A stretch of DNA of 64,000 nt, from the NCBI RefSeq assembly GCF_009914755.1, contig NC_060934.1; one strand, given 5' to 3'. Under the pieces are notes generated by a model. The model was not told where the DNA came from and ran no database searches. It saw nothing but the letters and a program-made list of their open reading frames with translations. This document shows positions 1-14,844 of this stretch, one piece after another (the first letter of the stretch is position 1; every line of letters begins with the position of its first letter). Origin of the DNA: the human T2T-CHM13v2.0 reference genome, Homo sapiens. The translations under genes were made by a program, and so were the position numbers.

Positions 1-1187
1 TAAGGATGTTCCATATCATCTGATAAAACAGCATAGGTACCAGTTGAGCTTCACAAAAGGGGAACATACATGTAATATGCTTTGTGTGTGGCTCTGTGTT
101 TGCATGCACGCACGTATGCATGTGTTTGTTGGAAATCGACCACTAAGTGCAATTTCAGATTGCCTTACATTTCTAAAGCTAAATGTTGGTTTTATTTTTA
201 AGAAACAGGGTCTTACTCTGTCATCCAGGCTAAACTGCAGGGCTCAAGTAATCCTTCTGCCTTAGCCTCATAAGTAGCTAGGACTACAGGCATGTGCCAC
301 CATGCCTGGCTAATTTTTTAACTTTTTGTACAGATGGGCTCTGCCTATGTTGCCCAGGCTAGTCTTGAACTCCTGTCCTCAAGTAATCCTCCTGCCTTGG
401 CGTCCTAAAGTGCTGGGATTACAGGTGTGAGCTATCATGCCCAACTTTCATTTTACTATTTCAAAATCTGTAACTATTAACATCTGGAATCTTAATAATG
501 TAACTAAACACTGCTATTAAGTAACTGTTAATTACATTTATATCTTATTATCATATTCAGGAATAAGAATCTAGAAGAAAATACAACAAACTGTTAAACT
601 CTGGGAATAAGACTGACAGACGGGTTTTCTGAGTTACATGCTTTCATATAATAGTTGTGTATTTTTTACAATAGTCTTGCATTGCTGTTGTAATAAAATA
701 GAAGATTTTAAAAACTCAAGGGTCCTGGGTATCTAAGAAAGAAACATTAACTATAGAGATTATTTGATGGTAGAGATGGTAGATATTAGAGAGATATAAT
801 GACGGTACAGGATGGTTTGGGTTTTCTTTGTGGGAGGGTGGGAGAGAGGAGGAAGAGAAAAAGCTAAAATATCACTTAACACCCTCTGTCCATCTTTTCT
901 CCAGTTCCTCACCATTAACATCATCTCAGTAATCCAGACTAAGAACCTTAATTTTACATGCATTATCAACAACTCCTTTTTATTTGTCACCCATATTTAG
1001 GAATTCACCATATTCTATCAATTTTACCTCATAATAATGCAACCTTCTATTTTCTTTTTTATCCCCATGATTATTATCTCAGTGATTTTCAAGCTTTTTA
1101 AAATAGCAGAATCCCTTTTTTCCCTAAGAAATTTGACATAAAGTCATTTAAAGTCACACCAAAGCTATTTTTAGAAATACAGTTTTT

Positions 1188-1575
<388 letters not shown>

Positions 1576-2899
1576 TTAGGGATGAGAGTTAAAGCTTACA
1601 TCAATCTACCATTTAGTTTACATTTATCTCTCTTACACATTATTAAGAAAATCCTGATTCATCCATCTATACAGTTGCAAATGGTAACATTTTACAAACT
1701 TTATTTTGATATTAAGCTAACTCTTCAGATGAATGGTAGCAAGGGAACCTTGGCTCTGTGGTCTGCACAAAAATGGGTTATCTTGGCAAAAACAGCTGGT
1801 TCAAATGTGGAATTAAGCATCTTCAAATTTGATTGTGCAGTTCTTTTTTAACAAGTTTTTCACTGTTAAAAATATAATTTAGAAATGAAATTTGCATCAA
1901 ACTTCAAAAGAACCCCTGAAGCACCTCTATGTGGCACAATTCGGTACATACTGTTACCTTACTTAACTCTTATCTGGGCTCTTACATTACCTCTCCTGTT
2001 TCCCAGTGTATCCTCACTTCTGTTTTCCTTACATGCAGCTGTCTGATTAATCTTGCTACAGCACAGATACTGTCTGCACAGACATGACTTAAGTCTGGTT
2101 CCTGGCACTTGAAGCCCCCTGTGATATGAACCCAATCCAATTTTCAAGTCTCTTCCTCATTCCCCACCCAAATTCCACACTCCAGCAAAGGCACTGTTTT
2201 CCATTTCTAAAACAGATAGTTTTCAACCACACAGCCTTTTCTTATAAATCTTATATATCTGTCTGGAAGTCTCCTATCTTACTAACTGCACCTCAGAAAT
2301 TTATGCTTATCTTTTAGAGCTCAGCTCAAACCCCATAACTCTGCTCAATGTTACTCTCACCTCTAAATATGCTAAAGAATTCTGAATTTCAAAATAGTTA
2401 ATCACATCTACACTAAATTGTATGTTAAAAGGGATCATGTCAATTTTTTTTAGTACTGCGTGTGAAATCTATATAAAACCTGACTAATAAATGAGATGAA
2501 TGTTTAAAACTACCCAGCAAGTGATGGAAATCTAAAACTGGATTATGGTGATGGTCACATAGCTCAAAAAATGGACTCAATATCACCAAATCGAGCACTT
2601 AAAATGGGTGAATTTTTATATACCTCAATGAAGTTGTTTTTTAAAAGCAAGAACACACAAAAAGTACAAAAGAGGTTACTAAGAACTAGGGGAAGCAGGG
2701 AAGGAGGTTTAATTATTTAATATGTTTAATATGTACAGTTTCTGTTAGTATAGTGTTATGATATTCACATTGGTTTTTGTCCAGGTTCTTGGCTTGTAAC
2801 TCCCATAGCCCTCGTTATAGTCTTTTGTTATAATGTTATAATGTTAGTCTTTTGTTATGTTTTGTTACAATGTTGTTATAATGTTATAATATAATGTTA

Positions 2900-3370
2900 A
2901 AACAAACATGGTAACAGCCCTTTCCCAAAAGAAACCCCCTTCTTGCCTGGGGACTAGACTGCCACCGTAGGACTAACAAAATAGCCACAAGATTAGAAAT
3001 TATGGTTTAGGAGTCATGCAGCTGGAGGCTACAAGATTCTGACCCGCCCTAAACTGCTAAGATCAGTGCTTGGGATATTTTGCAGACCCTGCACTTGATG
3101 GATCAGCTGGCACCACCCAGATGGATAAACTGGCTCATCTGATCTTGTCCCCACCCAGGAACTGACTCAGCACAAGAGGACAGCTTCAGCTTCCCATTAT
3201 TTCTTCTTCTGACCCAACCAATCAGCACTCTCGACTCACTGGCCTTCCCCAACCCACCAAATTATCCTTAAAAACTCTGATCCCCGAATGCTCGAGGAGA
3301 CTGATTTGAGTAATAAGAAAACTCTGGTCTCCAGCAAAAAAAAAAAAAAAAAAAAAGGCACAGCTGGATA
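2900..3370 (+). mobile_element. ERV1 LTR fragment (LTR8-like)
   Basis: Recalled LTR8 blocks GATCAGCTGGCACCACCCAGAT, CCCAGGAACTGACTCAGC and GAGACTGATTTGAGTAATAA. Confidence 0.7.
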
Positions 3371-3720
3371 ATGATTTAAGGACACTAAACCATACGTAAT
3401 TTTGAAATTTAGGGACGAATGCAGGATTCTGCAGTCAGTACACAATACTATCAACTGAGTAAAAAGAAAAAAAAAGAATCCAATGAGGTTTCTTAAAAAT
3501 ACTGGAAAAAAAAAATTATCTTCACCATCAGCTGATAATGATTGCTAATGATTGCTAATTTGTTAAGTTCTATACTAAGTAAGTTATCATTATATTGCTC
3601 CATTCTGTAGAATTCTCAGTATTTTATATATGCAGAAAACAGAAGAACTTTCTAAGCCTTGGTCTGTTTCTCACTTAATAAATATCACAATAAATAAGGA
3701 CTTCCAGTCTTCTCTCATCA

Positions 3721-3957
<237 letters not shown>

Positions 3958-4818
3958 TTATTTACTGTTTTAATTCCCTTAGATACACAAGCACAAAACT
4001 TACCCAGACGTTATTGTTTAAAGTATGCCATACTTGGTCACTCACTTCGTTATGTATTATATTTACAATCAAAAGAAAAACCTATAAAGCTTATAAAACT
4101 CAAGAGCTTATTTTCAACAGTCTGTGGAAGAAAGTTCCAAACACATGTAAATCACCTTCTCAAAACAGAAATGAGTCATGGTTCACAGTATCATCTACAC
4201 AGTAATTTTCAATGAAGTGAACTCACTATTGCATGCTGATTGCACTATCTCAGGAAACTCAAATCACAGAAATCATGGATGGGATTTAAGATTCCATATG
4301 GGGTAACGGCAAAATATAAGCTTTGTAATATGACACACCTGGATTTAAATCCCAGCATTACCACTCAGAAGGTACATGATTCCAGTGAATTCTCTTACCC
4401 AAATCTCAGTTATCTCATTTAGTGAGTATAATACCATCTGTCTGCCTGTCACGGCATTAAACAAAGTGTAAAAAAAAAAAAAAAAGTGTAATATACAATG
4501 GTCTAGAAGAATGTCTGGCTGAAGAAACAGTAGCTACTATCAACCTAGTATTTTCATGTTCTAGCAATTCCCATAAATACCAAAAGGAAACTCATGAAAC
4601 TAAAAATCTGATTTCTAATATTTATTTTATTTCTTGTTTTCTGTTTCTAGCCTTTTTAGAGTTTAAACTTTGGAGTCTAGGTTTAAATTTAGCATAAGTA
4701 GTTAACAAGAAACAAAACCATTTCTTTGCTTTACTAGAAATCACAGCTTCGTTAAACTCCCTTACAAAACTATAAAGCATATTATGCTATTGGAGAGATA
4801 CTGCTGAGAGAAAATTAC

Positions 4819-5805
4819 CTTCTGTCCTCTGCTTTGGGCAGTCTCATGAAATGATCTGTGATTTTAGAATCCTTTTTTCCATGTTGCTTAGAATTTCTGC
4901 ATTCTACATTCAGGCTAGAAATATTTCCAGGTAGTTTAGCATTTAAATCATTCATTCCAGTGCGACTCTCTCCTCCTTCAAATTGGAAATGTAATCTAAC
5001 TTCACCGCCCTTAGTAGAGTACCGTTTCCTAAATTCAATGTCAGCGTCTCTTGCTTGGAACCTTGAAGGTTTATTTGCTGTTTGGGAGGAACTACCATCT
5101 TCTTGTTCATCAAAACCTGGACTTGTCTCCTCATCTGCTTCTGAGTCTTGACAACTATTTTTAGAATTATCCACATCCATCGGTGACTCGGGTTCACTTT
5201 CCTTCTCAAATGGAGGAGAATTTCCTAGGCAACTTTCTTGTCTAGTCAATTTGTTGTCATTTTTTGGCCCAGTACCAACATCCTCAGAGCCAACATCTGA
5301 CAATGGACTCTCTGGCACCACATCTATCTCATCTTGCTGACAACTTGCACAGTCTTCCCCAGGATCGCAAGACTTGCTGCACTTCTGGTGGCTTTTGGCT
5401 TCTCTGGCCTGTTCATCTTCTGTAGTCTGCTTTGCATTTGCAAGCTTTACAGTTGTGAGAAACTGTTGATTGTCTCTATTCTCTTCACTATCTGTGTCAC
5501 TGTGATCATCATTTTGAGGTGACCGATCAATGTTAGCATTACTAAACTGCTCTGGTACCAGGGTTACTGTTTGAGGTTCACTTTCCAAAAGCTGCTCCGT
5601 GTGTTTCCCTTCATTTTGCCACTTACACATTGCTGCAGTCTGATGCTGGTTCAAATACTGTGTACTTTTTTCAGTGGGTGACTTATCAAGACTTAGCTGA
5701 GAAACATTTTCTAATTTTTCTACATTATGTTGGTAAAAGTTATCTTTTTGTACAGAACTCATCATGGATTCTATTCTTGTATTGTTGTTTTCTTTACTAT
5801 CCAAA
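4819..5805 (-). CDS. PARG: PARG coding exon 3 (987 nt; disordered regulatory region incl. [13 protein letters not shown]-interacting motif)
   Basis: 329-aa ORF 4815..5804 ([21 protein letters not shown]...[11 protein letters not shown]) matches recalled PARG. Acceptor tag|TTTG at 5806/5805, donor AG|GTAAT at 4819/4818. Confidence 0.97.
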
Positions 5806-6208
5806 CTACAAGAGAACAGAAAGAACTAAAAACAACTTATAATACAAAAAAGTCACTTATCCAATCATACCCCCAGTGTCACAGCAGTAATTAAACTCCC
5901 TGTGGTCAGCTGAGCACACAGCATGTCTTCTATGACTCCATGTCTTTGTATGTGATCCCTAATGCCCTCCCTGCAGCTGTGTGTCTGGCAAACACCCGCC
6001 TTTCCTTCAAGTCATAAATGTCACTCACCTCTCTGTGCAGTCTTCCTTTAGGGACCAAAGGTAAAGTTGAACATTTGTTTCTTCTACACACTAACCACCA
6101 CTGTGCCTTGCTCATACCTTTACTATTGCATCTATCACACCAGGCAGTAATTATGTGTTTTTGTGTCTGTGGCCACTGCTACACTGTAAGTATCTTAAAG
6201 ACACAGAC

Positions 6209-6522
<314 letters not shown>

Positions 6523-6717
6523 TCATCTTGGTATCTCAAGTATACAGGACAGTCCCTGGCATACAGGACTCTCTAAAAAATTACTTATAAGTTGATTTTG
6601 AATTAACATAGATAAAGGAGAACAGAAAAGCATGAACAAAGAGAGAAAATATTAAAGCAACAAGATAAAACATCCATGTATTATTATTCATTTCTCTACA
6701 TAGGAATGTTTCTATAC

Positions 6718-6784
6718 CTTTCTGATTCCGCTGTCTTGATTCCTTTAGTGTCCATCCAACTGGTAATAGTCTTTTGTTTGAAAA
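6718..6784 (-). CDS. PARG: PARG coding exon 2 (VFKQKTITSWMDTKGIKTAESES; contains Met83, start of the shorter PARG102 isoform)
   Basis: Manual translation of the minus strand. Poly-T tract + tag acceptor at 6785-6786, donor AG|GTATAG at 6718/6717; 67 nt links exon 1 (phase 1) to exon 3 (phase 2) in frame. Confidence 0.95.
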
Positions 6785-8836
6785 CTATAAAAAAAAATGT
6801 ATATTCATACATTCCTTCAAATATAAAACATATACAGCATATTGTACATGCAAGGAACTATGCTAGGTTCTACAGGTTAAACAAAAGATTAATAACTCAA
6901 GTATTTGCCCTCAAGTATATGGGTAAGACAGGAACATAAATGTTAATACATATGACACAGGGTAGAAAATGACTGGTGCCTAAAAGAGTTGGTATGGCCT
7001 AATGGATAAGAGCATAGGCTATGGAATCAGAACATCTGTATTCAAATCCTGATTCTCCCATTAGCTTCCTATGTTACTCTGTGAGGGGTCATTTCTCTGT
7101 ATCTCAGATCCCTCATTTGTAAACATGCAAAATAACTATCTCATGAGATAAGGCTTAATTAAGTAAAAATAGTTCATGTAAAGCATTTAGGGCATTATCT
7201 GGTTTACGCTTAGTAAATGTTGATTCTTAATTATCATGATTATTAAAAGAGGTCCTGATAAAGGAATTAAGGTTATTTCTGAGGAAGACACTACTTCAGT
7301 GAACAGGAGAACATGGGCATAATCGGTAAGATTTCTTCGGAAAAGGTAAGGCTTGACTTATGCCTTGAAAAGTAAACATGCAGTCACATAAAGAGAAAAT
7401 TATAAGCAAAGGCACCAATATCAGGGAAATATAAAGAACTTAAAAAGAAAGCAAAAGAAAATATGGTTGAAAAGTCAGCCAGGATCATACCATACAATAG
7501 GATCTTGAATGACCCACAAAGAGAAGCACAAAAAATGTGTTGAAAGACATGATTCCTCTCATCTAGGAGGCTCACAGTCATGCATGACAGCCTGGAGGAT
7601 AAATCTGAGGGGCAAGAGGGAAGAGCTTATTGCCAGAAACTAGGGAGGAAGCTACTAGTCCAGGTCAGTGGTTCCCAAACTATCTGGATCATCAGGAAGC
7701 CAGCCACACCCCAGTCCTTCTGAATCAGAATCTATATGTGAGTAGGATGAAGGCATGAGGGGAGCTGGAATCTATTTTTTTTTTTCCAAAAGTGATTCTG
7801 ATGATCCACTAGATTGAACAGTTACTGGCCAAGAACATAAACTAGTCCTTGTGAGAGTAGTAAAAGTGAGGAGAGTCATTACAGACTTCACAATAATAGG
7901 GGAAGTTAAAAGTGACTTTAAGCTTTGAGCTTGAGAGACTTGAAAAATGATGACAGCCTTAAGTAGAAATATGGAATACAAGAGAATTGTGTTTAGGGAA
8001 GAAATACGATTAGGTCGATTCTGCCTATACTAAATTTGAGATGCCAAAGAAGTAACTAGATAGAAAACCATATCACTACTTCTGGCTTCCTAAGGTTTCC
8101 TTCCTAACACATCAGCAGACAGTAGCAAAAGTAGAATTGATAGCTCAGGAGAGGGAGATGCAATATAAATAAATACAAGCCACATTTTATATAATCATTA
8201 GAAATAAGTGTGCTGTCAAAATTTAATATACTGAATAGGGATTAAATGTACATCATATTTTAGTATCAGAAATAAAATCTTAAACATTCGCAAATGTTTA
8301 AGATTTGAGATACTCACTAAATTGCAATGTAAGAATCTTAGCATCCTAAGTCACAGGATCTTTCTTATTTACCTACCTCTCCTAAAACACCATATGGAGC
8401 AAAACAGATGCAGGCTCAAATATACAAAAATCAATGGTTTATTTTTCATTGAAATAATGGCATAATCGAAATACATTTCAGATGGGGAGAATTTTATACC
8501 AGAAAAATATTCAATTGCTATATAATCTTTACCTTCCACAAAATACTTATAATCCAGCTAGTAAAAATCTTTGATTAATGTTTCAAAAATAGTTTAATAG
8601 TTTCTATCACAAAAAAGTAATCACGCATAGTGATTTCTTATTGTTAAACACCATTACTTCCACGATTTTATTTAGCTTTCTGCAGCAGATCAGGCTTCAG
8701 AGAAAAAATGAGCTTCAGTCAGAGGGAGTAAGAGGATAAACCATTTGATTCTGAAACTTTTTCTATAGTTCTGTATTCTCTATTTATTTTCTTTATATCA
8801 AATACAGCAAGTATAGTTTAGAAAATCCTCAAATTG

Positions 8837-9140
<304 letters not shown>

Positions 9141-12100
9141 TTACAAACCAGTAATATGCCAAAACATTCATTTTTTGAGTTGGTTTAGAAGTTAAAACAT
9201 CTTTTTTCCATAAATGTAAGGATTAATGTTAAGATGCAATGACTAGGTTCCTATAACACACACGAAGCACGTACTCCTGTGATAAGTCTACAGAACCTAA
9301 AGACTGCACACATCATTTCATGAAAAACCAGGAGTGTTCCAGTGATGGCAAAGAAGAAGAGAGCTCTCTCCTGTAGCCCTGACCCTGAGAATGTGTTCTC
9401 TCTCTAGTTTCAGGCTTCCTGAAGCCTGGGGAAGGGATGAAGGAGGAAAAGCAAGAGATAAGGAACCAGTATCTTCTGCTAATAAAACATTGATCAGTCC
9501 TTCTTAGGGCCTCAGAGAAAGGACTGCTTACTGCTCTTTGCAATATCACTGTTTCTGGCTTCCTAAGGTTTCCTTCCCAGCACACCACAGGACTGTGTCA
9601 GAGCTTTATCCCTCTTACTCCTGAAGTAAGCATAAAATTATGCTTTCCAGGTTTCCTAGGAATTTTAACTAGAAATAGTCACAGCAAGGCAAAAAGAGTG
9701 GCAATAAGAAGTGATGAAAAGATACAAGATCTAGAGTCAGATAGTCTTGGATTGAGATCTTTGTTCAGTCACTTACTAGTACCACCTTGGTCCAGTTGCT
9801 TCACTTCGTTAAGCCTTTATTTCCTCACCCAGAAAATGAAGCTAACAACACCTACTTCTAAGGGTTATGTGGATCAATTACAAAGCAAAAATTAGAGAAA
9901 ATATTGTGTTCAGCCTCACAAAGCACTCAATATGTTATCTCCCGACATTTCCACCCAGTCTTTTTTTTTTCCACTGAGATCAGTAATTCTCCAACTTTGA
10001 CTTCACACCATTTACATTTACTCTCATCAGCAACATTATTCAGTACCCAGTATATTTTAATCAGCAAGTCATTCAATTAATAGCTATAGATACAGCCAAA
10101 AGGCACAAAACGCAATAAAATTCACCTGCATGTCAAAGGAACATTCCACTTTCACAAAAAGTCTATAGCAACACATCTGGATAAACCTGCGTCATCACAA
10201 TGTGAATAACATGCTGAGTTCTGCCAATATGCAGGTTTGCAGATTTTTTTTTTCTTTTTTCAGAAGTGGGGTCTCGCTATGTTGCTCAGGCTGGACGGGA
10301 ACTCCCGGGCTCAAGTGATCCTCTTGCCTTAGCCTCCCAAGTAGCTGGGACTACAGGTGCATGCCCAGCAAAATTAGCGATTTCAGTCAATACAAGAAAT
10401 ATATCCAGGAAGATAAAGAATATAAAATTTAAAGATACTGAATAAATATCCATTTCGCTACCCCGCCTACTTGTCCTAAGATAATTATATATAAAAATTT
10501 AAATACCAAGTTCCTAAAGGAATCCCAAAAATTCAAACAATGGGCTTTTGATACAAATATAGTCTTCGAACATTCTGTTAATTGGTGTCCTGTGCCAGGT
10601 ATACAGAAAACATTTAAACATGCGAAATACAGCCCCAAGTATTCATTTGGTACCTCTTCTGCAGAAATCTTAATTAAGATCCAACCAGTGAGGACTGACT
10701 GCCCTCACCCCTATTTGCAACTAACTCCTCCTCCTTTACATGCAAATAAGGTTAATGAAACCACAAATTATCCAGTCACAGAAGCTGAAGTACACCTGAA
10801 CGTATACCTGAAGTTCACCTTCAGTTCTCTCTCCCCTATACCAAGTTCTCTGAAATCTACATCCTAAATTTTAAATCCATCCCTTCCTCATACCCTTTAA
10901 ACACATCGCTTACTAGACAACTGCCATTTGTTTCTTGCAACTAGTCTCCCTGTCTACAGCCTTGACTATCCAGTGTTCTACAAACTACAAATGACCAGTC
11001 ATTTTTCAATGAAATAACACAGACAATATAAGAATGCATCACACATAGTAAGGTTAAGTATTATTTCATGAAACATTTATTTCAGTTATAAATATGGCTT
11101 ATTTGCCAGGTTACATATATTTCTTACTCTGTGTACTGGATAAAATTTATGCTGTGGGTTGCAGTTAGAAAAGTCCAAAAGCCACTTTTCTAAAATATTA
11201 ACCAAATGGTATTCCCACGCTTAAAAGCTTTTTAGTGGTTTCTCCATTAACCACAGAATAAGGTTGAAATTCCTTAAAATGGAATTTGAGTTTCTTCATA
11301 AGCTCCTGTCTGCCACCCAGCCTCATCAGACACTCCTCTGTCATCTTATGCTCCAGTCTTACCAACTTTTGCATGTCTTATTTCCTCTGCATGTATAATT
11401 CTTTCTCCTCTTGATTTATACAGCAAATCTTCCTCATCCTTCAAGGCCTAGTGCAAGTCTACTTGGTACTGCCCCTAAGTATGAAGACATCTAAGTGTAG
11501 ACTCTTCACCAGAGAACTGCCCGAGCTCTGCCCAGCCTCTTACACTGTTAACGAATGCATCCTTTTTGAAATGATCTCCTTTGTCTGACACAACACAAGC
11601 CAGGCTTTCCTCCCACCTCTACAGCCGCTTCTCTTCAGTCTACTCTTAAACTTTGGTGTTCCTAAGGCATCTGCCCTAGGTCACCTTTACTTTCTCTACA
11701 TGTTTATGTTATCTATGCCCATAGCATCCATTATAATGTTTATGCCACGAACTCCCCAATCTACTTCTCCAGCACAGAAATATTTCTTCTCAAGTATCCC
11801 ATTCTTTCATGAATCCATCCCCTTCCCTATTGCCAGCATCCAGGCCTAAGCTACAATTATTTCCAACCTAGATTAACTCCTTAACTGAGTCTTGATGCTC
11901 CACTTGAGTTCCTTTTCAATCCATTCTTTATTTTCCACACACCAGCCACACAGACTTTTCAACAAATAAATAAGTCTAATCAAGTCACTCCCCTACTAAA
12001 AACCCTTGAGTAGCTTATCAATGCCCTTAGAGTTCAAAATCCTTAGCAATGTCTACATATCCAATTTGATCTGACTTTTCTGTACCACCCTGCAGCCTCA

Positions 12101-12147
12101 TCTCTCACACTCTCTTGCGTTCACTCTATATATCAATTGCACTCCTG

Positions 12148-12470
<323 letters not shown>

Positions 12471-13150
12471 GGTTGCACTCCTGAAACACTTCTTACTTCC
12501 TCTTCATCTAACTCCTACTCATTCTACAGTCCTCAGAATAAGCATCTCATCTTCTGGAGGACTATTTTCGATTCCATAAATTCAGTTAGGTAAAACAATC
12601 TGTCATTCATCTATCAGAACATCCATTACCTTTTATTATATTAACTTTTGCTATCGTCTATCTCTCCAGATAGATTTTAAGGTATGAAGGCAGAGGCCAA
12701 GTTTCTCTCGTTCAACACTGTATACCAGGGACGGGTACAATGCCAGCTTAAACTAATAGCTCTGCACCCTGGGACCCAGAATCTGAACAAGTGAAGTTGT
12801 TTTCTTCCTATCTAGAGGCTGAAGCGCCCTACTGTTTTACATACACAATTAGATCTCCTTGACGACTAAGGCAATTTCTCAATCAAACCTGAAGAAGCAA
12901 ACAGGTGGTGGAGTCTCCTGCCATTTTCCGCCCTGTGAGTGACTGCTCATCAGAGTTTCTCACATCAATCGCACTGGGAAAAATGCGGCCCCATTCACCC
13001 ACTAGTGGCTTTGGTAGCTCAGCAAGTGGACCTCAAGAGTGACGATGCACACAAGACCAGAAAGGAGTGACTGGAGCCCCTGGGTCCTCAGACTGAGACC
13101 AGAAGGTTCGGGCCGAGGCGAAGGACAAAGATTTTTATTTTCCCACGTAC

Positions 13151-13367
13151 CAAGCGAGGTGGCGCTGCCTCTGTGCTGTCCCGCCCGCCCTGGGACGCAG
13201 GCTGGCGAGGACGGTGGGACCCTGAACTGCACGTGAGCGTCCTTGGGGTCGAGGACGCGCCTCTGCCTGCTGGGAAAGCTCCGGGCGTCCGAAGCAGCCG
13301 GCGAAGTTGTAGCGGCGCCCCAGCGGGGTCGCTTGGTGCAGGGTTCACAGCCGGGGCCCGCATTCAT
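13151..13367 (-). CDS. PARG: PARG coding exon 1 ([16 protein letters not shown]... with NLS)
   Basis: ORF 13002..13367 gives the recalled PARG N-terminus up to GSATSL. Donor G|GTACGT at 13151/13150; 217 nt. Confidence 0.97.
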
Positions 13368-13836
13368 GCTGGGACCAGCAGCGCACTGTCCCCGGGCCGG
13401 CCCGGGCGGAGAGCCTCATTCACTAACCCTGAGAGAGATGGACTGCGCCTCCTTCTCAGCGCCTGCCTGCACCATTCCCTCTCTGCCGCTGCCTGCTTCT
13501 GCAATTGCTGATCCGCCGGCCTCCCAAGTCAGGCCGTAAACACTCGCCTGCCTTCCCTCTTCCACTGGCACCCCACCTGCCTCAATGCGCCGCTTTGATT
13601 CGGGATTCGTTCACTTTCCCACCACCGGAAAGCTGCCGTCAGGCGCTTCCGGCTTCCGGGGCGCACACTGCCGCAAAGCGGAAGTGTGGCGCTTAACGGG
13701 AACCGGCGCCCGGAATGTCAGCGTGTGAAGTAGGCGCTGGCAACGCGGGGTTACCCGCTGTTATTGAGGAGTAACGGCCCAGCGGACCACCCAGGCTTGA
13801 GGCAGCGGCGGGAACCACTCGGTTTGCTGCGATACC

Positions 13837-13942
13837 ATGGAAGGAGGCGGGGGAAGCGGCGACAAAACCACAGGGGTATTGGCCGGCTTTTTCGGAGCCG
13901 GCGAAGCAGGTTACTCGCACGCGGATTTGGCTGGCGTCCCGC
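13837..13942 (+). CDS. TIMM23B: TIMM23B coding exon 1 (MEGGGGSGDKTTGVLAGFFGAGEAGYSHADLAGVP)
   Basis: Strong Kozak ACCATGG; Tim23 N-terminus; donor C|GTAAGT at 13942/13943; 106 nt. Confidence 0.95.
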
Positions 13943-14844
13943 GTAAGTATGGGGCCTAGCTTGCGATTATTTCTGACTGGTTCTTGCGTTTACACTAAAG
14001 TTGCGCGTCCCATGTTTTATGTTGTTGGTTTTTTTTTCCTTGCTGGCGTTTACAAGCTTAAGTACCAGTGGTGGGGTTAGTGTATCTGCATGGCTGCTCT
14101 TTCAAGATAGAAAGGCCTAAAAAAGGGCCACGGATCTCCTGGGGAAGCTGTCCGTGATTGACCTGGACTCGCGAGATGATGCATGTTTTCTTAGGTTTAT
14201 ATCCAAGCCTCGTACGTTTTGTGTGTGGTGGGCCGTGTGATTGACCCTTAAGAGTAGAGCCCAGCTTTGGGAGTAAATGTATTCCAAATAGCAAGCCCGT
14301 AGTTAACTTTTTAGTACACAGTGACATATTCTGAGCCTCCAAGTAGCCGTAAGGGCAGAATATTCAGTAATATTGCATGTAAGTGAGAAATAAATATGAC
14401 TTGGGACAGGCTAGGAAACCTTCTTTAGGAGCTAGGAAGTAAGCTGAACTTTAAAGGTGATATATAGACATGAAGAAAGAAGCCAGGTAAGAATTATAGG
14501 AAAGGAAATAGGCAACATCAAGGTATACAGAGGCATAAATATCTTGCCTTTGCCTCTCCTCGGTCTTGTGAATATGTTTTCCAGAACTTTGGTACTTTGT
14601 AACTGTGGTTGTTCAACTAGATAAATAGAACTTGGACCTAAAGATAGGCAGTTGGTCGTGGATAAAGCCTTTACGAAAGTACTTTCTTTTTAGAGAATCC
14701 TTGTAATATTTCTCTAGGTATTTTATACTAAGGAACAACAACAACGAAATATGTTCAGACTGACTCTAGTGCAAAAAAATATAAAAGACCTTTCATTTCC
14801 CTGGTGTCACCTTTGTCAAAAAACTGAATCTACAACACATGGTG

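Larger units (their letters stand above)
13100..13970. promoter_or_regulatory. CpG island with PARG/TIMM23B bidirectional promoter
   Basis: High GC/CpG density and divergent ATGs at 13367(-) and 13837(+). Tandem ETS/GABPA cores CTTCCGG 13646-13652 and 13653-13659, GCGGAAGTG 13678-13686, RBPJ-like TTTCCCAC 13615-13622. No obvious TATA box. A shared PARG/TIM23 promoter is established knowledge. Confidence 0.92.
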
